The notes under the pieces: generated by a model
Seen by the model: only the letters and a program-made list of their open reading frames with translations
The model's database searches: none
What the model was told of the DNA's origin: nothing
Position numbers and translations under genes: made by a program
Source of the DNA: Eledone cirrhosa
Taxonomy: Eukaryota
Reading direction: 5' to 3'
NCBI GenBank assembly: GCA_964016885.1
Contig: OZ024765.1
Location: forward strand, 8,184,001-8,248,000
DNA: 64,000 nt
Part shown: in pieces, positions 13,629 to 27,759 of the stretch
How the letters are laid out: the number at the start of each line of letters is the position of its first letter
Numbering within the stretch: the stretch's first letter is position 1

Positions 13629-13711
<83 letters not shown>

Positions 13712-13757
13712 TATATATATATATACACATATTTACACACAGACACACAAATATATA

Positions 13758-13798
<41 letters not shown>

Positions 13799-13868
13799 AA
13801 ATATGTATATATATATATATATTTACACACACATATATATTTATTTATATATATATATATATATATAA
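12825..13868. repeat. Compound (TA)n/(TG)n/(TATG)n microsatellite; similar tracts at about 18330-19240, 20050-21645, 28310-29942, 44520-44820, 46620-47752, 49437-51400, 53580-55075, 55488-55905, 57560-58200, 60506-60820 and 63330-64000
   Basis: Direct reading; these tracts explain the Y/I/M/C/V-rich ORFs. Confidence 0.95.
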
Positions 13869-14077
13869 TATTCAGGACAGTTCTTGAGTTTTATTTTATC
13901 TTTTTGTTACCATGGCGACATCAGATATTTTATCAATAAACATTTGCGAATTTTTATTCTTTTGTATTTTCTTTTGCAGTTTTTTTTCTTTCATTTCACG
14001 AAATATAAAAAAATATTTTGAAGAATTTTTTTTGCCAGCAATAAAATATTTATAAGGCAAAGAATTGTTCGAGATAT

Positions 14078-14116
<39 letters not shown>

Positions 14117-14677
14117 CATCATCATCATCGTTTAACGTCCATGTTCCATGCTTGCATGGGTTTGGACGGGAGTTTTCCCACTTGAGGCAAGAGTGGTTGT
14201 CTTGCTCGCATAGGACTGTCTGGCGGGTTTTCTACAGCTGGATGCCCTTCCTAACACCAACGACATTTACAGTGTGGGGCTGGGAGGTTTTTACCGTGTT
14301 GCCTACACGGCCACATTACAGCGTGGACTGTCTGGCGGGTTTTCTACAGCTGGATGCTCTTCCTAACACCAACCACATTTACAGTGTGGGACTGGGAGGT
14401 TTTTACCGTGTTGCCTACACGGCCACATTACAGCGTGGACTGCGTGTTTTTTGTCGTGACACCTACACGATCTCATTTGTTTCGGCCTGGATGTTGTGGG
14501 ACCAACATAACTTTACATTGAAAGGGGTGGTGTGGATGGATGGGGGTGGTGGGGCGGGGGTGTATTTTGTTAGAGATGCCTACTGACTGTAGTAGGTTTT
14601 ACTTTGTATTTAGGTAAGGCGGGTCTTCTCTATTACTGAGTACCGCCAAAGGTATCGGTCCAGTATATATATATATA

Positions 14678-15072
14678 TCATCATCATCATTTTACGTCCG
14701 CTTTTCCCTGCTTGCAAGGGTGGGACAGGTCCTATACAGCACAGCATCTCTCCACTTGTCACGGTCCTTCGTCATCTCCACCGTGAGCTTCAGCGATCTG
14801 AGGTCTGTTCTCACCACCTCCGCCCATGTTTTTCGTGGTCTTCCTCTACTGTGTCTTCCTTCTACTGAATGTGGAGAACGAATGGGCGAGGGAGAAATTA
14901 CCCCCAGTGGACCCGATAGAGGGACCAGCTATTGAGGTTGACGAATATAGGGTCCAAGAGACAATTAAGGAAATGAAAAGTGGTAAGGTCGTTGGACCGT
15001 CGGGGATAGTTGCTGAGATCCTGAAGGCATCAGGAGACGTAGGCACTAAACTGGTTGCACGCATCATCATCA
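14678..15072. mobile_element. RTE-clade LINE insertion with internal inversion (3' end on -, upstream ORF fragment on +)
   Basis: Minus strand: GRHSRGRPRKTWAEVVRTDL...DRDKWR plus (ATG)n tail. Plus strand: NVENEW...IKEMKSGKVVGPSGIVAEILKA. Confidence 0.85.
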
Positions 15073-15135
15073 TATACATATATACACATATATATATATA
15101 TATATTAAATATATATATATATATATATATATTAA

Positions 15136-15167
<32 letters not shown>

Positions 15168-15419
15168 ATATTAAAAATAATATTTCAATAAATAATTAAT
15201 ATATATTTATCTAGTGTGTGTGTAGTAGAGTGAAATATTGGTGTTGGTACGGAATCAAACACTCTATACACAGACAGAGTGTATATAATAGAAAATAAAC
15301 GAGGAAGTTTCGTTTACATATTTACAAAATATTTATTGTGTTCAACCTGTTTCACAGAGGATTGGCTCAAGGTGACGAATAGGAGTTATGGACCCGACTC
15401 CAGTATCGATATCGGGGAG

Positions 15420-15830
15420 GGGCCACAGCAAAAAAAAGCACCCAGCACTCACTGTAAAGTGGTTGTGGAGGTGCCACGGCAAAAAAGTACCCAGCCCACA
15501 CTGTAAAGTGGTTGTGGAGGTGCCACGGCAAAAAAGCACCCAGCCCACACTGCAAAGTGGTTGTGGAGGTGCCACAGCAAAAAAAGCACCCAGCACTCAC
15601 TGTAAAGTGGTTGTGGAGGTGCCACGGCAAAAAAGCACCCAGCCCACACTGCAAAGTGGTTGTGGAGGTGCCACAGCAAAAAAAGCACCCAGCACTCACT
15701 GTAAATGAGGTTGGTGTTAGGAAGGGCATCCAGCTGTAGAAATCAAGCCAAATCAGTTCCCGTATGAGCAAAACAAGGTCAGTTGACCGGACACTGCCCA
15801 CAACAGGACAACCTGTCTAACCCATGCTAC
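15420..15830 (+). repeat. About 48-bp minisatellite (about 6 copies) expanded inside a SINE family B copy
   Basis: Unit gcacccagcactcactgtaaagtggttgtggaggtgccacggcaaaaaa, followed by the SINE sequence gttaggaagggcatccagctg. Confidence 0.85.
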
Positions 15831-15989
15831 AGGTCTAAAATGTCTCACATACATACATGATTTACATAAGGAAAAAAATGTACTAAGGGAAATAACTCAT
15901 GTTGGATAATGTGATAGATTCATATAACTTGGATTGGTGATGACGTAGGGAGGTATGTACACACACACAAAAATTATATTAAATTTCAA

Positions 15990-16810
15990 AACATGGATAC
16001 ATTAAAGCTCCGACATCTGGCAACTGACTTGGTAGACACCCACAAAATTATTAACCATCTTTCCAACAACAACCCTGAGCACCTTTTTGTATTCCATGTG
16101 TCTAACATGCCTACAATGTCAGAAAACAGCACAGCTCCCATGACTTTCAGAAACATTTTTTCACACTCAGAGTTGCTGAAGCATGGAACAAACTCCCTGC
16201 ATCAGTTGTTAACTGTCGAGACACTGCATTCTTTAAAACCTCCATGGAACAAACTACCTGCATCAGTTGTTAGCTATCGAGACACTACATCCTTTGAAAC
16301 ATCCATAAAACAAAATACCTGCATCAGTTGTTAGCTGTCGAGACACTGCATCCTTTAAAACCTCCATGGAACAAACTACCTGCATCAGTTGTTAGCTGTC
16401 GAGACACTACATCCTTTAAAACCTCCATGGAACAAACTACCTGCATCGGTTGTTAGCTGTCGAGACACTGCATCCTTTAAAACCTCCATGGAACAAACTA
16501 CCTGCATCAGTTGTTAGCTGTCGAGACACTGCATCCTTTAAAACCTCCATGGAACAAACTACCTGCATCAGTTGTTAGCTGTCGAGACACTACATCCTTT
16601 AAAACCTCCATGCTTCCTGAGATTCACCAACACTACACCTGATATTCCCCCTCCATACACACACACATGCATCTGAGTGTATATCATGACTCATACACTG
16701 TTCACTTTCCTGACATTTGTACATCATTCTATGTACTATACATGCACCTTTGATGAGTTGTAGTGCACCTGGGCACTGTACACAGCAACCTTCATTATCA
16801 TATCATCATT
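15990..16810 (+). mobile_element. CR1/L2-group LINE 3' fragment containing a 61-bp tandem repeat (about 7 copies, 16182-16612)
   Basis: LKLRHLATDLVDTHKII...KHFFTLRVAEAWNKLPASVV is typical of the ORF2 C-terminus of this group; period 61 (16365 to 16426). Confidence 0.7.
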
Positions 16811-17048
16811 ATTAAAAAGAAAACATAAAACCTAGCGGAAATCATTAGCAACTTGAGCCTGCAGGTCTTAACTGTGGTGATGGCAAGCTCCTAGTTGAGA
16901 TAATTATTTTACTGTTCAGGGAAAGAAATATCTCTCAGGAAATATCACTGAAGAGGACACCAACTTAATCTAGTTAGTGAGTTATCTCCCTTGAGTTTAC
17001 GATTGATTTTATTTATGAAAGCAAGAAAGAGATAAAGAGGAAGAATCA

Positions 17049-17180
17049 ATACCAGTGTATTACTGGTATTTTATTTTATCAACCCCGTAAGGATGAAAGG
17101 CAAAGTTAACCTCGGCAGGATTTGAACTCAGAACGCAAAGGGCCATAACTCTATGCTGCAAAGTATGGTGTCTGACCTTC
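17049..17180 (-). mobile_element. SINE family A copy; further copies at 19312-19490(+), 34520-34592(-), 34594-34725(+), 37810-37990(+), 44343-44472(-) and 58453-58568(-)
   Basis: Same B box and core as 938-1130. Confidence 0.85.
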
Positions 17181-17231
17181 TACTAATAACTGCTAATGCT
17201 GTGGAGACGTCTGATGCCCTTGGCTCTAGGA

Positions 17232-18046
17232 TGGGTGCTTTTTGTTGTGACACCTACATGACCACTTTACAGAGTGGACTGGGTGCTTTTTGTTGTGACA
17301 CCTACATGACCACTTTACAGAGTGGACTGGGTGCTTTTTGTCGTGACACCTACATGACCACTTTACAGTGTGGACTGGGTACTTTTTGTTGTGACACCTA
17401 CATGACCACTTTACAGAGTGGACTGGGTGCTTTTTGTCGTGACACCTACATGACCACTTTACAGTGTGGACTGGGTGCTGTTTGTTGTGACACCTACATG
17501 ACCACTTTACAGTGTGGACTGAGTGTTTTTTGTTGTGACACCTACATGCTCACTTTAGTGTGGACTGGGTGCTTTTTGTCGTGACACCTACATGACCACT
17601 TTACAGTGTGGACTGGGTGCTTTTTGTTGTGACACCTACATGACCACTTTACAGTGTGGACTGGGTGCTGTTTGTTGTGACACCTACATGACCACTTTAC
17701 AGTGTGGACTGGGTGTTTCTTGTTGTGACACCTACATGACCACTTTACAGTGTGGACTGAGTGTTTTTTGTTGTGACACCTACATGATCACTTTAGTGTG
17801 GACTGGGTGCTGTTTGTTGTGACACCTACATGACCACTTTACAGTGTGAACTGGATGCTGTTTGTTGTGACACCTACATGACCACTTTACAGTGTGAACT
17901 GGATGCTGTTTGTTGTGACACCTACATGACCACTTTACAGTGTGGACTGGATGCTGTTTGTTGTGACACCTACATGGCCACTTTACAGTGTGGACTGGGT
18001 GTTTTTTGTTGTGACACCTACATGGCCACTTTACAGTGTGGACTGG
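17232..18046. repeat. 48-bp minisatellite, about 17 copies, derived from SINE family B
   Basis: Unit ctgggtgctttttgttgtgacacctacatgaccactttacagtgtgga. Confidence 0.92.
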
Positions 18047-18417
18047 TTACTTTACACTTACAGACTAGAGATCCAAATTATATGTGTGGCCACTTCATAG
18101 CTATATACAGCTTTAAATAGATATCTGGAGAATGGCTGCTGACAAAGGACTTACTGAATGATGTTAAGACTTTTTCTCCAAGAGTCTAACTCTACAGATT
18201 CACTGCTGATGTGATTAAATCCCCAGATTTCCTGATCTTTTCTCTAAATAACATTACAAATAATTTCACAAGTTGATTTCCATGTAGAATTATAATATAT
18301 ATTATATTAGCATTTTATGTGGGAGGATCTAAGGATATATATGGTGGTGTGTATATATATATATCCATCTGTATATATATATATATATATGGTGCTGTAT
18401 ATGTATATATATATACA

Positions 18418-18452
<35 letters not shown>

Positions 18453-18511
18453 GTGTGTAATGTAAGAGAGGAAATTCTTCAAAGAAAAGCTTAGGCAATT
18501 TAACATTTGCT

Positions 18512-18568
<57 letters not shown>

Positions 18569-18741
18569 TATATATATAGATAGATATATATACAGATATA
18601 TATATAGAGATATATACATAGTCATATATATATAAACACAAGCATACAAATATATATACATATAAATATATATATACATATAAATATATATATACATATA
18701 CATACAAATGTATATATATACACAACATATATATATATATA

Positions 18742-18803
<62 letters not shown>

Positions 18804-18830
18804 CATATATACATATATAAATATATATAT

Positions 18831-18885
<55 letters not shown>

Positions 18886-18908
18886 TATATATACATATAT
18901 ATATATAG

Positions 18909-18939
<31 letters not shown>

Positions 18940-19239
18940 GATATATATACATATATACACATATATAGAGAGAGAGAGAAGCAATGTTTCTCAGCTATAT
19001 ACAAACATTTAATGGACATTCATACTATTTGAAGGTATTGATACATTTTCAATCAATTGATAGAAGAATCAATGAGGATCTTACATAAGCACATATATAT
19101 ATATATGTACATACATACACATATATACATACACATATATACATACACATATATACATACATAGATACACATATACATATATACATACATAGATACACAT
19201 ATACATATATACATCCACATATATACATACACATATATA

Positions 19240-20050
19240 TGATGGCTGCCCCCTCGTTATCGAGTATGACCATTGCACGATATACCATTATTAATAATTA
19301 TTAATTAATTCTGGATTGGCAGTATCGGTAGAGGGTCGGACGCCATGCTTTCCAGCATAGTTACGTCCCTTTACGATCTGAGTTCAAATCCCGCCGAGGT
19401 TGACTTTGCCTTTCATCCTTACGGGGTCGATAAAATAAAGTACCAGTAATGTACTGGGTAATTGCTGGCCTTGTGCCAATAGTAGAAATAATTAATTAAT
19501 TCTATCGTGCAATGCCTGTGCGTGAAGATATTTTTTTAAGTGAGGAAAGACTGTGCACTGAGCCAATCCCACTCTCTGAGAGACAGTAGCTATAACCCGA
19601 AAAGAAGAAGAGATCAACATCATCGGTAACTACTGAGCCGCAGGTTTTATATCAGAGTTATCCCAGTTTCCTGAGTCGCCTTCTCCTAGAAGAATGCCCT
19701 GACAAAGGCTAGGGGTCCTTCACTGCCAGTGGTTTAACCGCGCGATTGGGTGTCCAGCCCAACTATTTCTATGTCCCCGCACATATACATACATATGTAC
19801 ATGTGTATATACACATATACACACATATGTACATGTGTATATACATATTTACACACTTTTGGATGGCCGTTGACTCTTATGAGTTCTTCCGCCCTTTGTC
19901 AGGTTTTGTTTTTTGTCCTGCAGGGTGTCCAAAATCACCCCCCTCACCAAGTAAACTTGGTGGGGTTGCCGGTTTAGTCGCCGACGACCCGACCATGTGA
20001 CAGGTTGTACTGGGTTACATGTTACCAGTAGCACTTGAGAGTGACCCGAC
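19240..20050. mobile_element. Unclassified dispersed repeat of about 500-550 bp; other copies at about 31140-31700 and 47885-48400
   Basis: Shared colinear blocks gcaatgcctgtg, gccaatccca, tatatcagagt, ttggatgg..ttgactc, cctgcagg.tgtcca and acccgaccatg. Confidence 0.75.
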
Positions 20051-20832
20051 ATATATATATATATATATATATACATACACATATATATACATAAATATAT
20101 ACATAAATATATATATACACATATATACATACATACATACATATACATACACATATATACACATACACATATATATACATACACACAAATACATACACAT
20201 ATATACATACACATATATATATACATATATACATACACATATATACATACATATATATACATACACATATATACATACATATACATACACATATAGATAT
20301 ACATATATATACATACATACACATATATACATACACATATATACATACACATATATACATACATACACATATATACATACATATATACATACACATACAC
20401 ATATATACATACACATATATACATACATACACATATATACATACATATATACATACACATACACATATATACATACACATATATATACATAAATATATAC
20501 ATAAATATATACATACACATACATACATATATACATACATACAAATATATACATACATACATATATATATATATACATACACACATATATATACATACAC
20601 ATATATACATACACACATATATATACATACACATATATACATACACACACATATATATACATATATATATACATACATACACACATATATATACATATAT
20701 ATATACATACACATATATACATACACACATATATATACATACACATATATACATACACATATATACATACACATATATACATACACACATATACATACAC
20801 ATATATACATACACACATATACATACACATAT

Positions 20833-20865
<33 letters not shown>

Positions 20866-21316
20866 CATACATACACATATATACATACACATATATACAT
20901 ACATATATACATACACATATATACATACATATATACATACACATATATACATACACATATACATACACATATATACATACATATATACATACACATATAT
21001 ACATACACATATATACATACATACACATATATACATACACATATTTACATACACATATTTACATACACATATTTACATACACATATATACATACACATAT
21101 ATACATACACATATATACATACACATACATACATACATACATATATATATACATACACATATATACATACACACACATACATACATACATACATATATAT
21201 ATACATACACATATATACATACACATATTTACATACACATATTTACATACACATATATACATACACATATATACATACACATATACATACACATACATAC
21301 ATACACATATACATAC

Positions 21317-21351
<35 letters not shown>

Positions 21352-21474
21352 TACATACACATATATACATACACATATTTACATACACATATTTACATAC
21401 ACATATATACATACACATATACATACACATACATACATACACATACATACATACATATATATATACACATACAC

Positions 21475-21507
<33 letters not shown>

Positions 21508-21599
21508 CACATATATACATACACATACATACATACACATACATACACATATATACATATATACATACATACATATATACATATACATACATACATACA

Positions 21600-21635
<36 letters not shown>

Positions 21636-21709
21636 TATACATATATCATATATTGAGTTATAAACTCAAAATAGTCTTTTACAATTAAATAGCTCAAAGA
21701 AGGGGATCT

Positions 21710-22445
21710 TTCCGAGCCGTGTAATACAATTGAATATATGAGAGGGATAGACGCTGATACAAGTATACATGTGTTTGTATTACAAATGACCCAGTCAGCT
21801 AGGTTGAACAAATATTAATTTAAAACAATATGGTTTGCCTGACTCATTTTGAAGTAATAAATCAATAAAAATAAAAAACCTACATCAGGCAACAGCCTTT
21901 GATACCCAGACAGACATAAATCTGTTTCACTAGAATTATTAAGTGAAAGCTAAGGGCGGTGGATTGGTAGTATCGGTAGAGTGTCGGACGCCATGCTTTC
22001 CAGCATTGTTACGTCCCTTTACGATCTGAGTTCAAATCCCGCCGAGGTTGACTTTGCCTTTCATCCTTACGGGGTCGATAAAATAAAGTACCAGTAATGC
22101 ACTGGGGTAATTGCTGGCCTTGTGCCAAAAGTAGAAACGATTATTAAGTGAAAGCTACCATTCCTGTGCTCATCTGCGGGTATCCAGGAAATTCGTACCT
22201 TTCACTTCAAAGGATCTAAGAAAACTGAATGATGCGCGGGTATAAACGCACATCTCGCAGCGCCTAGCGCGTCCCATACTCATGCTGCTAATTGATTTAT
22301 TATGTTAAATCGAGTCAGGCAAACCATATTGTTTTAAATTAGTATTTTTCAACCTAGCTACCTTGGTCATTTACAATTGGAACACATGTATACTTGTATC
22401 TGTGTTTAACCCTCTCATATATCTCTATATATTACACGGCTCGGA
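21710..22445. mobile_element. Foldback/MITE-like element with about 130-bp inverted arms (21714-21845 and 22312-22442)
   Basis: aaacaatatggtttgcctgactc versus gagtcaggcaaaccatattgttt, with complementarity continuing out to gagccgtgtaata and tattacacggctc. Confidence 0.75.
21953..22139 (+). mobile_element. Full-length SINE family A with 18-bp target-site duplication
   Basis: attattaagtgaaagcta at 21935-21952 and 22140-22157; A and B boxes intact. Confidence 0.9.
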
Positions 22446-22460
22446 AATATATAATGTGTT

Positions 22461-23296
22461 GCTCTACCGAGTCTGTAAAGTCCCAGGACTAATGCCACAA
22501 TATATACTGTGTTGGACGCTCTACCGAGTGTGTAAAGTCCCAGGACTAATGCCACAATATATACAGTGTTGGACGCTCTACCGAGTGTGTAAAGTCCCAG
22601 GACTAATGCCACAATATATACTGTGTTGGACGCTCTACCGAGTGTGTAAAGTCCCAGGACTAATGCCACAATATATACTGTGTTGGACGCTCTACCGAGT
22701 GTGTAAAGTCCCAGGACTAATGCCACAATATATACTGTGTTGGACGCTCTACCGAGTGTGTAAAGTCCCAGGACTAATGCCACAATATATACTGTGTTGG
22801 ACGCTCTACCGAGTGTGTAAAGTCCCAGGACTAATGCCACAATATATACTGTGTTGGACGCTCTACCGAGTGTGTAAAGTCCCAGGACTAATGCCACAAT
22901 ATATACTGTGTTGGACGCTCTACCGAGTGTGTAAAGTCCCAGGACTAATGCCACAATATATACTGTGTTGGACGCTCTACCGAGTGTGTAAAGTCCCAGG
23001 ACTAATGCCACAATATATACTGTGTTGGACGCTCTACCGAGTGTGTAAAGTCCCAGGACTAATGCCACAATATATACTGTGTTGGACGCTCTACCGAGTG
23101 TGTAAAGTCCCAGGACTAATGCCACAATATATACTGTGTTGGACGCTCTACCGAGTGTGTAAAGTCCCAGGACTAATGCCACAATATATACTGTGTTGGA
23201 CGCTCTACCGAGTGTGTAAAGTCCCAGGACTAATGCCACAATATATACTGTGTTGGACGCTCTACCGAGTGTGTAAAGTCCCAGGACTAATGCCAT
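22461..23296. repeat. 57-bp near-perfect minisatellite, about 14.7 copies
   Basis: Unit gctctaccgagtgtgtaaagtcccaggactaatgccacaatatatactgtgttggac. Confidence 0.95.
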
Positions 23297-23684
23297 CTCT
23301 GTGCAGAGTTATTGAGAAAATAAAGCTGTGTTGGGTAACAAATATCACGTACTGAGGTTTAGTGTAATGGAGGGGGGGGGCTTGTAATTGAAGGGGTGTG
23401 GGGAGGAGGGGGGTCGTGGGGAGTGAAGGTATGTGGGGAGGGGGTGTAGTGGCGTGGTGGATCAACTGAAAGGGGGGGGCTGATGATCGGAGAGGTGCGT
23501 GAGGCGTGTGGTGGTGTGGTGGGAGGGAGTGGTGTGGTGGGGGGGTATATGATGATTGAAGGGTGTAGGAGGGCGCTTGTGGGGGAGTGGAATAATTGAG
23601 GGGGGTGTGGGGACTGATGATGGAAGGGGTGTGGGAGAGGGTGGTGTGGTAGAGTTATGGAAGGGAGGGACCTAATATTGGAAG

Positions 23685-24560
23685 AGGTGTAGTGGTGGTG
23701 GTGTAGAGATGGGGGGGTGATATTGTGGTGATGTGGTGGTGGTGGGGTGATGGTGGTGGTAGTGGTGGTGGTGTAGTGGTGGTGGTGTAGTGGTGGTGGT
23801 GTGGTGGTGGTGTAGTGGTGGTGGTGGTGTGGTGGTGGTGTAGTGGTGGTGGTGTAGTGGTGGTGTAGTGGTGGTGGTGGTGTGGTGGTGGTGTAGTAGT
23901 GGTGGTGGTGGTGGTGGTGGTGGTTGTGGTGTAGTAGTGGTGTAGTGGTGGTGTAGTGGTGGTGGTGGTGGTGGTGTAGTAGTGGTGGTGGTGTAGTGGT
24001 AGTGGTGGTGTAATGGTGTTGTAGTAGTGGTGGTGGTGGTTGTGGTGGTGTAGTGGTGGTGGTGTGGTGGTGGTAGTGGTGGTGTAATGGTGTTGTAGTA
24101 GTGGTGGTGGTGGTGGTGGTGGTTGTGGTGTAGTAGTGGTTGTGGTGGTAGTGGTGTAGTGGTGGTGTAGTAGTGGTGGTGGTGTAGTGGTAGTGGTGGT
24201 GTGGTGGTGGTGGTGGTGGTTGTGGTGTAGTAGTGGTGGTGGTGCAGTGGTAGTGGTGGTGTGGTGGTGGTGGTGGTGGTTGTGGTGTAGTAGTGGTTGT
24301 GGTGGTAGTGGTGTAGTGGTGGTGTAGTAGTGGTGGTGGTGTAGTGGTAGTGGTGGTGTGGTGGTGGTGGTGGTGGTTGTGGTGTAGTAGTGGTGGTGGT
24401 GTGGTGGTAGTGGTGTAGTGGTGGTGTAGTAGTGATGGTGGTGGTGGTTGTGGTGTAGTAGTGGTGGTGGTGCAGTGGTAGTGGTGGTGAGGTGGTGGTG
24501 TGGTGTAGTGGTGGTGTGGTGTTGTGGTGGTGTAGTGGTGTAGTGGTGGTGGTGTGGTGT
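23685..24560. repeat. (GGT/AGT)n microsatellite; related tracts at 44950-45415 (CAA), 51455-53265 (CAA/CAC) and 62120-63212 (GGT/AGT)
   Basis: Direct reading. Confidence 0.95.
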
Positions 24561-24846
24561 GTTTTATCGTTGCTACCTGACCATAGTGTCATTGTCATGT
24601 GCAGGGATTAACTGGATACAACTGGCATTGTGGGTTTATGAAGGTATGTGTGTGTGTGTGTGTGTGTGTGTATGAAGGCATATGTGTATGTGTGTATAAA
24701 GGTGTATGTGTATGTAATCGTGTGTGTATGTATGTGAACCATCATCATCACACTCTCACCATCATCACAACACCATCAACTCACCATAAGCTATCTTCAC
24801 CAGAGTTCACTCTATTGAAAGAATTTGTGTTAAATCTACAGCTCAG

Positions 24847-24937
24847 CCTGGGGTCGACTTTTTCCTGGGGTCGACTTCTTCCTGGGGTCGACTTCTTCCT
24901 GGGGTCGACTTCTTCCTGGGGTCGACTTCTTCCTGGG
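24847..24937. repeat. 17-bp tandem repeat, 5 copies
   Basis: Unit cctggggtcgacttctt. Confidence 0.9.
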
Positions 24938-25029
24938 TTCAAACCATGTCGAGGGAGGGCATCCGCTAGGTTTTAAAACACTCATGACAGGCAGGGTTTA
25001 AATGTCTATTTGCAGGGTTTAAAATAGCC

Positions 25030-27330
25030 ATGTATATATAGAGTAATGTAAATGTTATGTGAGATATTATGTGAGGTAAAGCCTTTACTGTGACAATACA
25101 ATAGTATATATAGAGTAATGTAAATGTTATGTGAGATATTATGTGAGGTAAAGCCTTTACTGTGAAAATACAATAGTATATATAGAGTAATGTAAATGTT
25201 ATGTAAGGTATTATGTGAGGTAAAGCCTTTACTGTGAAAATACAATAGTATATATAGAGTAATGTAAATGTTATGTGAGATATTATGTGAGGTAAAGCTT
25301 TTACTGTGAAAATACAATAGTATATATAGAGTAATGTAAATGTTATGTGAGATATTATGTGAGGTAAAGCCTTTACTGTGAAAATACAATAGTATATATA
25401 GAGTTATGTAAATGTTATGTGAGATATTATGTGAGGTAAAGCCTTTACTGTGAAAATACAATAGTATATATAGAGTTATGTAAATGTTATGTGAGATATT
25501 ATGTGAGGTAAAGCCTTTACTGTGACAATACAATAGTATATATAGAGTAATGTAAATGTTATGTGAGATACTATGTGAGGTAAAGCCTTTACTGTGAAAA
25601 TACAATAGTATATATAGAGTAATGTAAATGTTATGTGAGATATTATGTGAGGTAAAGCCTTTACTGTGACAATACAATAGTATATATAGAGTAATGTAAA
25701 TGTTATGTGAGATACTATGTGAGGTAAAGCCTTTACTGTGAAAATACAATAGTATATATAGAGTAATGTAAATGTTATGTGAGATATTATGTGAGGTAAA
25801 GCCTTTACTGTGACAATACAATAGTATATATAGAGTAATGTAAATGTTATGTGAGATATTATGTGAGGTAAAGCCTTTACTGTGAAAATACAATAGTATA
25901 TATAGAGTAATGTAAATGTTATGTAAGGTATTATGTGAGGTAAAGCCTTTACTGTGAAAATACAATAGTATATATAGAGTAATGTAAATGTTATGTGAGA
26001 TATTATGTGAGGTAAAGCCTTTACTGTGAAAATACAATAGTATATATAGAGTAATGTAAATGTTATGTGAGATATTATGTGAGGTAAAGCCTTTACTGTG
26101 AAAATACAATAGTATATATAGAGTTATGTAAATGTTATGTGAGATATTATGTGAGGTAAAGCCTTTACTGTGAAAATACAATAGTATATATAGAGTTATG
26201 TAAATGTTATGTGAGATATTATGTGAGGTAAAGCCTTTACTGTGAAAATACAATAGTATATATAGAGTTATGTAAATGTTATGTGAGATATTATGTGAGG
26301 TAAAGCCTTTACTGTGAAAATACAATAGTATATATAGAGTAATGTAAATGTTATGTGAGATATTATGTGAGGTAAAGCCTTTACTGTGAAAATACAATAG
26401 TATATATAGAGTAATGTAAATGTTATGTGAGATATTATGTGAGGTAAAGCCTTTACTGTGAAAATACAATAGTATATATAGAGTAATGTAAATGTTATGT
26501 AAGGTATTATGTGAGGTAAAGCCTTTACTGTGAAAATACAATAGTATATATAGAGTAATGTAAATGTTATGTGAGATATTATGTGAGGTAAAGCCTTTAC
26601 TGTGAAAATACAATAGTATATATAGAGTAACGTAAATGTTATGTGAGATATTATGTGAGGTAAAGCCTTTACTGTGAAAATACAATAGTATATATAGAGT
26701 AATGTAAATGTTATGTGAGATATTATGTGAGGTAAAGCCTTTACTGTGAAAATATAATAGTATATATAGAGTTATGTAAATGTTATGTGATATATTATGT
26801 GAGGTAAAGCCTTTACTGTGAAAATACAATAGTATATATAGAGTAATGTAAATGTTATGTAAGGTATTATGTGAGGTAAAGCCTTTACTGTGAAAATACA
26901 ATAGTATATATAGAGTAATGTAAATGTTATGTGAGATATTATGTGAGGTAAAGCCTTTACTGTGAAAATACAATAGTATATATAGAGTAATGTAAATATT
27001 TTGAGATATTATGTGAGGTAAAGCCTTTACTGTGAAAATACAATAGTATATATAGAGTAATGTGAATGTTATGTGAGATATTATGTGAGGTAAAGCCTTT
27101 ACTGTGAAAATACAATAGTATATATAGAGTAATGTGAATGTTATGTGAGATATTATGTGAGGTAAAGCCTTTACTGTGAAAATACAATAGTATATATAGA
27201 GTAATGTGAATGTTATGTGAGATATTATGTGAGGTAAAGCCTTTACTGTGAAAATACAATAGTATATATAGAGTAATGTAAATGTTATGTGAGATATTAT
27301 GTGAGGTAAAGCCTTTACTGTGAAAATACA
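25030..27330 (-). repeat. 72-bp satellite array (about 32 units), reverse orientation
   Basis: Reverse complement of the 7712-9195 unit. Confidence 0.95.
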
Positions 27331-27395
27331 TAGAGCACTCTCCTTTCCTTTACCTTTTCCATGGAAATACTTATTATATATATATATATATACAT

Positions 27396-27436
<41 letters not shown>

Positions 27437-27655
27437 CACACACATATATATATATATACATACATACATATATATATAAATATGCAGAGATTATATTTAA
27501 TTTAAAAATTGTTATAACTGATATAAAGCACTCAACAGAATAGTGGAGTAAATATACAATATATTAATAAATATTGATGAATATAATGTAACATAATTGA
27601 TAAATAAATATTGACATACCCAGGTATGTCAATATTTATTTATAAAACAAATCTG

Positions 27656-27721
27656 TATTTTATCTGATGAAAGTGCACCATAATCTGCTTTGGTGGCCCT
27701 TGAAATATGTATAATAAAATA
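27656..27721 (+). ncRNA. Minimal type I hammerhead ribozyme motif (Penelope-like element remnant)
   Basis: tattttat-CTGATGA-aagtgcacca..tggtggccctt-GAAA-tatgta-TA-ataaaata. Confidence 0.7.
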
Positions 27722-27759
27722 AATATGGTTTTATAAATATAGTTTCCATTTATTAATAT

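Noticed and set aside
22363-23355. 330-aa and 293-aa ORFs on both strands; CRISPR-like regularity
   Set aside because: Identical 57-bp units with no unique spacers, no cas genes and a eukaryotic context.
25006-27465. 819-aa ORF, and the similar 426-aa and 382-aa ORFs at 7931 and 32078
   Set aside because: The 72-bp satellite unit is a multiple of 3; the arrays are intronic or intergenic, occur in both orientations and show no codon-level selection.
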